A stretch of 32,000 nt of DNA from Candidatus Didemnitutus sp. (GTDB taxonomy: Bacteria > Verrucomicrobiota > Verrucomicrobiia > Opitutales > Opitutaceae), in contig DASZXI010000045.1 in NCBI GenBank assembly GCA_035545955.1, positions 26,053 through 58,052 on the forward strand. The letters are read 5' to 3'. The notes under the pieces were generated by a model. The model was given only the letters and a program-made list of their open reading frames with translations. It was not told the origin of the DNA and ran no database searches. Below are positions 16,819 to 25,201 of this stretch, piece by piece. Numbering within the stretch: the stretch's first letter is position 1; each line of letters starts with the position of its first letter. The position numbers and the translations under genes were made by a program.

Positions 16819-17196
16819 TCAGTGGGTTGCGGGTATTCCCGCCGGCAGGAAGGCGGCGATCAATACACCCACGACATAATTTGCCGCCACAAACCACACC
16901 AACGTGTGGACCACGAGTTCGATGGTGCGACTGCTCGCTTCGTCCTGGGACCGTCGCTTGACGTACCAAATCGCGGCGACCAAGGCGAGAGCCAGGACCA
17001 ATGGAAACACGCTCGCCAGTAAACGGTGCTCGAGCAGGAGACGCGTCGGACCGGGCAACCCGGTTATTTTCCTGTCGCGGATCATGGCTTCGCTGACACT
17101 GACCAATATTTTCGTCGTACCGCTGCTGGCGGAAAGAAACAGCAGCGGCACGATCGCGACGATCCAGCTCAGTTGAGTCCGTGATTCGGGCTTCAT
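16819..17196 (-). CDS. Hypothetical small membrane protein (3-4 TM helices)
   Basis: 125-aa ORF with hydrophobic stretches 'LSWIVAIVPLLFLSA', 'LLASVFPLVLALALVAAIWYV' and 'LVVHTLVWFVAANYVVGVLIAAFL'. I recognise no family. Local GC is about 52-57% (hand count of 16801-16920), below the window average. Confidence 0.5.
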   Translation of the reverse strand: MKPESRTQLSWIVAIVPLLFLSASSGTTKILVSVSEAMIRDRKITGLPGPTRLLLEHRLLASVFPLVLALALVAAIWYVKRRSQDEASSRTIELVVHTLVWFVAANYVVGVLIAAFLPAGIPATH

Positions 17197-17225
17197 GGTT
17201 TGCGGTCAGCGCTGCATTTAGCCGC

Positions 17226-17606
17226 TCAACTCGACCGCAGGTGGATCGACTTGATCTCCGCGCAACCGGGCAGTGCCCGGAGCTTTGCGACGATGCCGGC
17301 GCGGTGAAGAAAAAGCTCGTTGCGCACGACGGCATGCGAGACGAGCACGATGAGCTGGTTGCGTTCGATCGTCAGCGGATGGGAAAACGACGCGTTGGCC
17401 GCGCCGACCAGCTCGCTCCAGCGCGCGCGCAGCTCGTGCTCGATCGAGTCGCGCCCCACGCGATGCTTGATCAGCAGCGCCTCGACCAATGCACCGAGCT
17501 CCTGCGTCGGCCGGCGACGGGAACGACCATCGTCGGTCGGAACCTCGCGGAGGTCGGCGATCAGGTTCTCAATCTCGCGACTAAATTCTTTGGGCTCGGA
17601 TGGCAT
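17226..17606 (-). CDS. DUF721 (DciA-like) protein
   Basis: 'ELRARWSELVGAANASFSHPLTIERNQLIVLVSHAVVRNELFLHRAGIVAKLRALPGCAEIKSIHLR' follows the DUF721 pattern (W..ivG....h..p..l..g.L.v.v.s......l......i...l). I prefer the ATG at 17606 (MPSEPKEF) over the GTG at 17618, which lies inside the adjacent repeat. Confidence 0.7.
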   Translation of the reverse strand: MPSEPKEFSREIENLIADLREVPTDDGRSRRRPTQELGALVEALLIKHRVGRDSIEHELRARWSELVGAANASFSHPLTIERNQLIVLVSHAVVRNELFLHRAGIVAKLRALPGCAEIKSIHLRSS

Positions 17607-17613
17607 TGGGTTG

Positions 17614-17776
17614 CCCACGGATTACACGGAAGCACACGGATGAACCGACCGATGCGCCGAGTCCGATATGTTTGGAATATTCATTGGAGCCCTGGATCTC
17701 TCATGCCGTGGGAAGAGCGTGTGAGCGACGACGCGAATCATATCCGTGATCATCCCGAGAAATCGGTGGTCAAAAT
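17614..17776. repeat. Inverted pair of CACGGA-word arrays filling the msbA-like/DUF721 spacer
   Basis: 17614-17645 'CCCACGGATTACACGGAAGCACACGGATGAA'. 17742-17776 'ATCCGTGATCATCCCGAGAAATCGGTGGTCAAAAT' (reverse complement 'ATTTTGACCACCGATTTCTCGGGATGATCACGGAT'). Confidence 0.55.
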
Positions 17777-17781
17777 CTGTC

Positions 17782-19626
17782 TCAAGCCGGGCTCGTCTGA
17801 CGGTCGTAGAGCGAGCGATAAAGCGTGTTGCTCGCGTACAAGGTTGCATGGTCGCCCTGCGCGATGACCTGGCCCTTGTCGAAGACGAGGATCATCGACG
17901 CATCGCGGATCGTGCTGAAGCGATGGGCGATGATCAGCACGGTTTTCCCCACCACGAGATGGCGCAGGGCGTCCTGGATCGCGGCCTCGCTCTCAGAATC
18001 GAGCGCGCTGGTGGCCTCGTCGAGAATCAGGATGGGCGCCTGCCGCAGAAACGCGCGGGCGATCGCGATGCGCTGTTTTTGCCCGCCGGAGAGCAGGGCG
18101 CCGCGTTCGCCCACGACGGTTTCGTAGCCCTGGGGCAACTGGCGGATGAACTCATCAGCGTGCGCGGCGATGGCGGCGGTCATGACCTCGTCGCGCGTTG
18201 CGTCGGCCCGGCCCAGCAGGAGATTTCGGTAGATCGTGTCGTTGAACAGCACGGGCTCCTGGGAAACCAGCGCGATGTTGCGGCGCAGGTCGGCGAGTCG
18301 CATCGACCGCACATCGATGCCGTCGAGGCTGACCGCGCCCGCACTCGCCTCGTAGAATCGCGGCACGAGATTGACGAACGTGCTCTTGCCGGCTCCGCTC
18401 GGACCAACCAACGCGCAAACCGTGCCGGCGGGGATGCTGACGGCGACGTTTGCCAGCGCGACGGCGTCGCCCGCATAGGAAAACGAAACGTCCCGAAAGG
18501 TCAGGTCGCCGCGCAGGCGGGTCACCGTCACGGGATCGACCGGATCGGCGACGGCGATCGGCTCGTGCAGGATTTCCTCGATGCGGGTGAGCGAGGCCGC
18601 GCCGCGCGTGAGCTGGCCATGCAGGTTGCCGAGTTTTTTCATCGGCTCGTAGCAGACGAACAACGCGGCGAGGATCGAGACGAACACGGTCAGACTGATG
18701 CCGGCGTAGTAGGCGTAGTAGAGGGAGAATGCGATGCCCAGCGAGGCGACGACCTCGATGGTGGGGGAGAGCACCTGGGAATATTTCACCACCTTCATCT
18801 GCACCTTGAAAAGCCGGCGGGACGCCTCCTGGAAGCGTGAGGTCTCGTGTTCCTCCAGGCCGAACGCGCGCACCTCGCGCGCCGCCGCCATGTTCTGGCT
18901 CGCGAGATCGGTGATGTCGCCGAGCAGCGCCTGGTTCTCCTCCGCCCGGCGCAGCAGGTTGCGTCCGACCAGGCGCACGGGAAAGATGATGGCGGGCACC
19001 GCGGCGAGCGAGGCCAGGAAGAGGCCGACGCCCTGGTTCTCGATCGCAGTCTTGGCGAGAAAGAAGATCGCGCCGAGAAGCGTCATCGGCTGGATCACCA
19101 GGTCGCTGGAACTGGTCGTGATCGTCTGCTGGACGATCTGCGTGTCGGAGGTGAGTCGCGAGAGCAGATCACCGGTGCGGTTGCGCCCCATGTAGCCGAG
19201 CGAGAGATGCTGCAGCTTGCGGTAAAGTTCGACGCGGATGGCCTCGAGCACCCCAACGCCGCAATAGCTCATCAGGTAGTTGTTGAGAAATCCACTGACC
19301 GCCCGGATCAGGAATATCATCGGCAGCAGCAGGGCGTAGCCGACCACCTGGGTGCGCGAAAGCGTGCGCCGGGCCTGGACCTGTGCGACGTCCTGCGCGG
19401 GAGCGGACGGAGAGGTGGCGGCGGTGCCATGCGAGCCGGGCATCAATTGCGGCACGGCTCCGGCGTGCCCGGACGCGTCCACGAAAATCCGGGGGAAGAC
19501 CTCGTTCAGGACCTTCGGCAGGCCCCAGCCGTAGACCAGGCCGCTGATGGCGCCGCAAAAAAGCGCGGTGAAGAGGGCAATCCGGCGACCGCGCAGGTAG
19601 CGCAGATAGGGCAAAAACCGTTTCAT
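17782..19626 (-). CDS. ABC exporter, fused permease/ATPase (MsbA/lipid-exporter-like)
   Basis: Six-TM domain followed by Walker A 'GPSGAGKST', 'LSGGQKQRIAIARAF' and 'ILILDEATSALD'. The start is set at 'MKRFLPYLRYL' (ATG 19626) rather than ORF-track 19698, which would overlap the upstream permease by 32 nt. Confidence 0.9.
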   Translation of the reverse strand: MKRFLPYLRYLRGRRIALFTALFCGAISGLVYGWGLPKVLNEVFPRIFVDASGHAGAVPQLMPGSHGTAATSPSAPAQDVAQVQARRTLSRTQVVGYALLLPMIFLIRAVSGFLNNYLMSYCGVGVLEAIRVELYRKLQHLSLGYMGRNRTGDLLSRLTSDTQIVQQTITTSSSDLVIQPMTLLGAIFFLAKTAIENQGVGLFLASLAAVPAIIFPVRLVGRNLLRRAEENQALLGDITDLASQNMAAAREVRAFGLEEHETSRFQEASRRLFKVQMKVVKYSQVLSPTIEVVASLGIAFSLYYAYYAGISLTVFVSILAALFVCYEPMKKLGNLHGQLTRGAASLTRIEEILHEPIAVADPVDPVTVTRLRGDLTFRDVSFSYAGDAVALANVAVSIPAGTVCALVGPSGAGKSTFVNLVPRFYEASAGAVSLDGIDVRSMRLADLRRNIALVSQEPVLFNDTIYRNLLLGRADATRDEVMTAAIAAHADEFIRQLPQGYETVVGERGALLSGGQKQRIAIARAFLRQAPILILDEATSALDSESEAAIQDALRHLVVGKTVLIIAHRFSTIRDASMILVFDKGQVIAQGDHATLYASNTLYRSLYDRQTSPA

Positions 19627-19666
19627 CGGCACGCTGATTGGTGCCACAACCGCGGCACGCGGCAAT

Positions 19667-20557
19667 TCAATCCTTTGACGCCCGGACATCCAGCGCATCG
19701 CGCAGCCCGTCGCCGAGAAGGTTGAGCGAGAAAAGGGTCAGCGAAAACAACGCGCCGGGAAACACCAGCAGCCACCAGAATTCCTCCATTTTTTCCGCAC
19801 CTTCCTTGATCAGCGTGCCCCACGAACTCATGGGAATCTGCACACCCAGTCCGAGGAAGCTGAGGGCGGCCTCGATGAGCATCACGGCGGGAATCGTGAG
19901 GGTCGTATACACGATGATCGGGCCGAGAATGTTCGGCAGCATGTGGCGGAACAGGATCCGCGGCGTGCCGAAACCCATCGTCCGGGCGGCGTCGACAAAC
20001 TCGGCGCGGCGCAACGACTGGATTTGCGCCCGCACGATGCGCGCCATCGTCAGCCACTCGACGGCACCGATGGCGGCGAAGAGCAGGACCAGGCTCCGGC
20101 CGAAGAGAACCGTCAGCAGGATGACGAAGAGCGTGAAGGGCAGCGCGTAGATGATGTCGACCACGCGCATCATGAAGCTGTCGAGTCGGCCTCCGAAATA
20201 GCCCGCGACGGCCCCGTAGCTCACGCCGATCACGAGGGCTACCACGGTGGCGCAGACGCCGATGCCGAGGGAAAGGCGCGCACCGACGAGTATGCGGACG
20301 AAAAGGTCGCGACCGAGGGTGTCGGTGCCGCACCAGTGTCCGAGCGAGGGCGCGGTCGCGCCGAGCGAGAGATTCTGGTCGCGGTAAGTCTGGTGCGAAA
20401 GCAGCGGTCCCACCAGGCACGCGATCGTCAGAAGCACCAGCACCACGGCGGACGCAACGGCGAGACGGTTGCGCTGCAGGCGGTGCCAGGCGTCGGACCA
20501 GAGCGAGGCGCCGGACTCGACCGCCTCGGGAACGAAAATGGCCGGGGCTTCCGTCAT
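19667..20557 (-). CDS. Peptide/nickel ABC transporter permease (OppC/DppC family)
   Basis: 296-aa ORF with 'HWCGTDTLGRDLFVRILVGARLSLGIG' and 'AARTMGFGTPRILFRHMLPN', typical of the C-type permease of family-5 peptide importers. Confidence 0.9.
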   Translation of the reverse strand: MTEAPAIFVPEAVESGASLWSDAWHRLQRNRLAVASAVVLVLLTIACLVGPLLSHQTYRDQNLSLGATAPSLGHWCGTDTLGRDLFVRILVGARLSLGIGVCATVVALVIGVSYGAVAGYFGGRLDSFMMRVVDIIYALPFTLFVILLTVLFGRSLVLLFAAIGAVEWLTMARIVRAQIQSLRRAEFVDAARTMGFGTPRILFRHMLPNILGPIIVYTTLTIPAVMLIEAALSFLGLGVQIPMSSWGTLIKEGAEKMEEFWWLLVFPGALFSLTLFSLNLLGDGLRDALDVRASKD

Positions 20558-20558
20558 C

Positions 20559-21476
20559 TCATTCGAAACGCAGCCGCGGATTCATCCAGACCTGGACGAT
20601 GTCGGCCACCAGGTTCATCCCCACGACGAAGACCGTGTACAACAGCACGAGCCCCATGATGAGCGGATAGTCGCGTGCCGTGGTGCTCCCGATGAACTCA
20701 CGGCCGAGTCCGGGAATTTGAAAAAGAGTCTCGATGATGAACGAGCCGGTCAGGATGCCGGCAATGGCAGGACCGAGATACGTCACCACCGGGAGCAATC
20801 CTCCGCGCAGGGCGTGACGAAAGACCACGCGGCCCTCGCCCGCACCCTTGGCGCGCGCGGTGCGGATGTAGTCAAGGTGCAACACCTCGAGCATGCCGCC
20901 TCGCGTCAGGCGCATGATGTAGGCGGCATAAGCCAGGCCGAGCGTGGCGGCGGGAAGGACGCGATCGTCCGCATAGTCCCAGCCGGACACGTCGAACCAG
21001 TGCAGACCGATGCCGAACACGAGCGACAGCACGGGACCGAGAACGATCGGCGGGACGCAGATGCCGAACAGGCCGATGCCGGTGCAGAGATAGTCGAGCC
21101 AGGTGTTGGGTCGGATGGCGGCGAGCACACCGAGCGGCAACCCGAGTCCGAGCGCGACGAGGAGCGCCCACGCGCCGAGTTCGAGGGAGGTCGGCAGCTT
21201 GTCCGCGACGATCTCATTCACCGTGCGGTTCGAATATTTCATCGAATAGCCAAGATCGCCGCGCACCAGTCGGCTCCAGTAGGTTGCGTACTGTTTCCAG
21301 AGCGGCTGATCGAGGCCGTAGTAGGCCTCGAGATTGCGCTGCACCTCGGGCGCGACTGCCTTTTCCTGCGTGAACGGTCCGCCGGGCACCGCGCGCAACA
21401 TGAAGAACGTGGCGGAGACGACGACGACCACGACCGGCACGAGCTGGAGGAGTCGGCGGATAACGAAGCGGATCAT
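20559..21476 (-). CDS. Peptide/nickel ABC transporter permease (OppB/DppB family)
   Basis: 305-aa ORF with 'MIRFVIRRLLQLVPVVVVVVSATFFMLRAVPGGPF' and 'DYIRTARAKGAGEGRVVFRHALR'. Its stop is 1 nt before the start of the C-type permease. Confidence 0.9.
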   Translation of the reverse strand: MIRFVIRRLLQLVPVVVVVVSATFFMLRAVPGGPFTQEKAVAPEVQRNLEAYYGLDQPLWKQYATYWSRLVRGDLGYSMKYSNRTVNEIVADKLPTSLELGAWALLVALGLGLPLGVLAAIRPNTWLDYLCTGIGLFGICVPPIVLGPVLSLVFGIGLHWFDVSGWDYADDRVLPAATLGLAYAAYIMRLTRGGMLEVLHLDYIRTARAKGAGEGRVVFRHALRGGLLPVVTYLGPAIAGILTGSFIIETLFQIPGLGREFIGSTTARDYPLIMGLVLLYTVFVVGMNLVADIVQVWMNPRLRFE

Positions 21477-21529
21477 CGCGAAATGGAGTCAGAGGCAAAC
21501 GCGCGCGGGCGGCAAGCCGCGGTGCATAA

Positions 21530-21766
21530 TGTAGGGCGGCATCGCCCGCCGTCGCCAAGGCTTTGGCGGGGCGGGGCCGAATGCCGCCGTTGAACGTCCC
21601 CAATCATTTTGACCACGGATTTCACGGACAACACGGATTCCAAACCGAATTCGCTGTGGGAGCGGCTTTACGCCGCGAATGGACCGCGCCCATCGGGGGC
21701 GGCGATTTCAAGACCAGGCGGCATTCGGCCCTTCGACAGGCTCAGGGCAGGCCATGCCGCCCTCCA
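21530..21766. repeat. REPIN-like composite: inverted GTAG-hairpin copy (21530-21588), CACGGA array (21607-21638), forward GTAG-hairpin copy (21717-21766)
   Basis: 'TGTAGGGCGGCATCGCCCGCC...GGGGCCGAATGCCGCC' pairs with 'GGCGGCATTCGGCCCTTCGACAGGCTCAGGGCAGGCCATGCCGCCCTCCA'. Both ends carry the locus-specific GGCAT/ATGCC stem variant. The interior reads 'TTTTGACCACGGATTTCACGGACAACACGGAT'. Confidence 0.65.
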
Positions 21767-21771
21767 TCCAA

Positions 21772-23445
21772 TCACCGTTCCGGCTGCTTCATCATCTCAT
21801 CGCGCCGGGCCTTGAACTCGCTGCCGGATTTCCACTCGGGCCAGCGGTCGCCGTTCGCGATGTCGTAGCCGATCTTGAAAAGCGTCCGGGTATCCTCCGC
21901 GGCGCCTTCGAAATCCCACCAGGGTTGGATCTCGTCCGTGACCTTGTGATAGAAGTTGGCGATGTAGTCGTCGCGCTTTTCGGCGCCGTAACCCGCCGGC
22001 TTTCCGATGATGTCGGTGCCGTAGTGGGTGTAGAACGCGGGCACGCCCACCTTCGCAAACTCGAACTGGTCGGAGCGGAAGAATGCGCCGCGCCCGGGAT
22101 CACCATCCGGGACGAGAACGCGGCCTTCCGCGGCGAGTTCGGCAGCGGCGAGGTCATCGATCGTGCTTCCGCCGTAGCCGATGGATTCGAGATCGCGGGA
22201 CCGGCCGATGAACTGGGCGCCATCCATGTTGATGTTCGCAAGCGTGCGCCGCAGCGGATAGATCGGGTTCAGCGCATAGTGGCGCGAGCCGAGCAATCCC
22301 TGCTCCTCGCCGGTGACCGCGATGAACAGGACCGAGCGCTTCGGCGCGACGGGCAAGGCCTTGAATGCCTGGGCGAGTTCGAGCAGGACCGACGTGCCCG
22401 AGGCGTTGTCATGGGCGCCGTTGAAAATCTGGTCGCCCTGGCGTTTGGGATCGCGTCCGAAATGATCCCAGTGCGCGGTGTAAATCACCCACTCGTCGCG
22501 CAACTTCGGGTCCGAGCCGGCGAGGCGCGCGAGGACATTGCGGGAGTTGATGTGACGGATCGTGCTGTCGATCGAACAGGTCAGTTTCGCCGGCAGCGGC
22601 ACCGGTTTGAAGTCACGATTGAGCGCCGCGCGTTTGAGCGTCGCGAAATCCTTCCCGGCCGCCGCGAACAGTTTTTGCGCCGTCTCCAGGGTGATCCAGC
22701 TCTCGACCGGGACGCGGCCGGCGTTGCCATCGGGTGAATCGAGATCGAAGTTCTCGCGACCCCAGCTGTTCGCGACCACGGCCCACGGATAGGCGGCCGG
22801 ACCGGTCTCGTGCACAATGATGCACGCCGCCGCGCCGCGCTCCGTCGCCATCTCATACTTGTAGGTCCAGCGGCCATAGTAGGTCATGGCCTTTCCCTTG
22901 AACATGGCCGGGTCGAGCTTGGTCGGATCCTTGGGATCGGGAATCGGCGGATCGTTGATCAGCATGACGACCGTCTTGCCGTGCAGATCGACGCCCTTGT
23001 AGTCATCCCAGCCATATTCCGGGGCCACGACTCCATAGCCGACAAACACGAGGTCGCTGTCCTTCACCTCGACGTGACCGGTCACGTGCCGCGAATTGGC
23101 GACGAAATCGTTGAAGAACGTCGGCGTCAGCGTCTGCCCGCCGATGGCGAAACTCATCACGGGTTTGGACGTGAGGCCCACCATCGGCACGGCCTGGATG
23201 TACGTGCCGTTCGAGTTTCCCGGTGCCAGGCCGAGGCGGCGAAACTCCGACTCGAGGTAGGCCACCGTTTTGTCCTCTCCCGCCGTGCCGGGCGCGCGGC
23301 CCTCAAAGTCGTCCGAACTCAGGACGGCGGTGTGATGCCTGATGCTGGCGCCGGAAATCGCATTGAGCGCGGGTGCGACGGAGGGATCGGCGCCCCACAG
23401 GCCGGCGCCAAGAAAAAGCGGAAGACAGGCGAAAAGAGGTTTCAT
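21772..23445 (-). CDS. Secreted M28-family metallo-aminopeptidase with PA domain
   Basis: Signal peptide 'MKPLFACLPLFLGAGLWG'; 'HWDHFG', 'GAHDNASGTSVLLELAQAF', 'FIAVTGEEQGLLGSRHY'. The start is set at ATG 23445, which overlaps the upstream stop (ATGA). ORF-track 23499 adds 18 non-signal residues. Confidence 0.85.
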   Translation of the reverse strand: MKPLFACLPLFLGAGLWGADPSVAPALNAISGASIRHHTAVLSSDDFEGRAPGTAGEDKTVAYLESEFRRLGLAPGNSNGTYIQAVPMVGLTSKPVMSFAIGGQTLTPTFFNDFVANSRHVTGHVEVKDSDLVFVGYGVVAPEYGWDDYKGVDLHGKTVVMLINDPPIPDPKDPTKLDPAMFKGKAMTYYGRWTYKYEMATERGAAACIIVHETGPAAYPWAVVANSWGRENFDLDSPDGNAGRVPVESWITLETAQKLFAAAGKDFATLKRAALNRDFKPVPLPAKLTCSIDSTIRHINSRNVLARLAGSDPKLRDEWVIYTAHWDHFGRDPKRQGDQIFNGAHDNASGTSVLLELAQAFKALPVAPKRSVLFIAVTGEEQGLLGSRHYALNPIYPLRRTLANINMDGAQFIGRSRDLESIGYGGSTIDDLAAAELAAEGRVLVPDGDPGRGAFFRSDQFEFAKVGVPAFYTHYGTDIIGKPAGYGAEKRDDYIANFYHKVTDEIQPWWDFEGAAEDTRTLFKIGYDIANGDRWPEWKSGSEFKARRDEMMKQPER

Positions 23446-25118
23446 GGGGAAACGGACAGATCGAGATACGTGCGGGTCCAGAAAGGGTCGGTCTTCCATC
23501 CCGAAACGCGGGATGAGACCAGAAAAGTCTGCGTGTTGAAATAGAGAGGCACCACCGGCTGATCCTCAAGGAGGATTTCCTCGGCATCGCGAAACCGCTG
23601 GGAGCGGAGAGCGGGATCGCCCGTGCGCGCGGCGGATTCCGCCAAGTCGTCAAAGCGGGCGTTGCTCCAGTGCGGATAGTTTCCCGGCGCTCCGGACTTG
23701 AGCTCGTCGAGCAGCGCCGAGGGATCGTTGTAGTCGGGAATCGCCGGGACGAATCCGAGCGTGAAGTCGCCCGAGCTCAGCGCCGCCGCGTGCACCCGGG
23801 CTTCGCGCACGACGATCGTGGAGCTGACGCCGAGATCGCGCTTCCACATTTCCTGGATGGCCTCGAGCACAGGATTGTTGACCCACGTCGAAATCTCGAG
23901 CGCGGGCAGGCCGCGGCCCCCGGGATAACCGGCCTCGGCGAGAAGCGACCGCGCGGTTTCGAGATCACGCGCGTGGCGGACGGTTGCGTCATCAGGAGAG
24001 GCTTCCGGAATCGCCGCGAGACCCGCCAGGCCGGGCGGCAGGAAAGTCCGGGCGGGTTTCTGTCCACCGCGGAGAACGGCCGTGACCAGCGCTGCGCGGT
24101 CCACGGCCAGCGACAGGGCGCGGCGAACGTGGACGTCGGAGAGCGGTGCCCGCGTCACATTGATCGCGAGATAGCGGGTCTCGGCCAGCGGCTGCGTTCG
24201 GCGCTCGGGGGCGCGGTACTCGTCGAGTCGGGCAATCGGAATGGTCATGGTGACATCGATCTGTCCGGTCCGATAGGCGCGTTCTTCGGTATTCTGGTCG
24301 TCGAATTTGCGAAATTCAATCCCGTCCAGCTCGACGCGGCTGGCGTCGTGATAGTGCGGATTGCGCGCGACCCGGATCACCTCCTGATGTTGCCAGGACT
24401 CGAGCACGAAGGGGCCGTTGCCGACGAAATTTCCGGGGCGTGTCCAGGCGCTTTCGCGCGTGTCTCCGAATTTTTGGAGCGTCGCGGCATGAACCGGAAT
24501 CCACGGTCCGCTGGCCGCAAGAGCGAGCAAATGCGGCGTCGGATGCTCCAGGTCGATTTCCAGGGTGAAGTCGTCGCGCGCGATGGCGCCCACCGGGGAA
24601 AAATCCTTCACCTGTCCGCGATAGAAGGCGGTCGCGTTCTTGACGTCAAAAAAGAGCGCGGCCTTGGGCGCGGCCAGCGACGGTGTCAATGCCCGCCGGA
24701 TCGTCGCCACAAAATCGGAGGCCGTCACCGGATCACCGTTCGACCAGCGGGCGGCGGGATTCAGATGAAACACCCATTGCCGTCCGCTGGAGTCGACTTC
24801 CCAGCTGCTGGCGGCGGCGGGAAGAAAATCGGTCCCGGCCGGATCGCCGGCGGGCGCCGGGCGAACGAGTCCCTCGCTCAGGCTCCGGATCACGAAGAAT
24901 TCGTCGGGCAGCGTCGCCAGTTGCGGATCGAGGGTGGCCGGCTCGTTGAGCTGGCTCAGCCGCAGGACATGCGGCGGAGATTCGTGCCGACGACAGCCGA
25001 TGGCTCCGAGCAAGACCGCCAGCAAGGCGGCGATGCGCAGCGGGAACGAGGCACTTCGGAAAATGCGAACGGGGGGAATGCGACCTTCGGGTGCGTTTTC
25101 CAAGGCATTCCTTTTCAA
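23442..25118 (-). CDS. ABC transporter substrate-binding lipoprotein, family 5 (peptide/nickel, OppA/DppA-like)
   Basis: Lipobox 'LLAVLLGAIGC', then 'LRLSQLNEPATLDPQ', 'ARWSNGDPVTASDF' and 'PHYHD', typical of SBP family 5. The start is uncertain. The only ATG (25256) lies 55 nt inside the upstream gene. In-frame TTG/GTG candidates are at 25193, 25118 and 25103; 25118 (M-KRNALEN...) is listed here. Confidence 0.8.
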   Translation of the reverse strand: MKRNALENAPEGRIPPVRIFRSASFPLRIAALLAVLLGAIGCRRHESPPHVLRLSQLNEPATLDPQLATLPDEFFVIRSLSEGLVRPAPAGDPAGTDFLPAAASSWEVDSSGRQWVFHLNPAARWSNGDPVTASDFVATIRRALTPSLAAPKAALFFDVKNATAFYRGQVKDFSPVGAIARDDFTLEIDLEHPTPHLLALAASGPWIPVHAATLQKFGDTRESAWTRPGNFVGNGPFVLESWQHQEVIRVARNPHYHDASRVELDGIEFRKFDDQNTEERAYRTGQIDVTMTIPIARLDEYRAPERRTQPLAETRYLAINVTRAPLSDVHVRRALSLAVDRAALVTAVLRGGQKPARTFLPPGLAGLAAIPEASPDDATVRHARDLETARSLLAEAGYPGGRGLPALEISTWVNNPVLEAIQEMWKRDLGVSSTIVVREARVHAAALSSGDFTLGFVPAIPDYNDPSALLDELKSGAPGNYPHWSNARFDDLAESAARTGDPALRSQRFRDAEEILLEDQPVVPLYFNTQTFLVSSRVSGWKTDPFWTRTYLDLSVSP

Positions 25119-25201
25119 ACCCGCCCGGAGGTCGGGTTCCACCCGCTGAAGCACGGACGAAATTTGGTGCAACGCTCCTCCTCGATTTTCCACGTGGCTT
25201 G

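Noticed and set aside
17746-19725. + strand ORFs 17746..18840 and 18847..19725 antisense to the MsbA-like exporter
   Set aside because: Shadow ORFs; the exporter frame has all ABC motifs.
20469-22737. + strand ORFs 20469..21593 and 21679..22737
   Set aside because: They are antisense to the OppB-type permease and the M28 peptidase. Their ends extend into repeat DNA.
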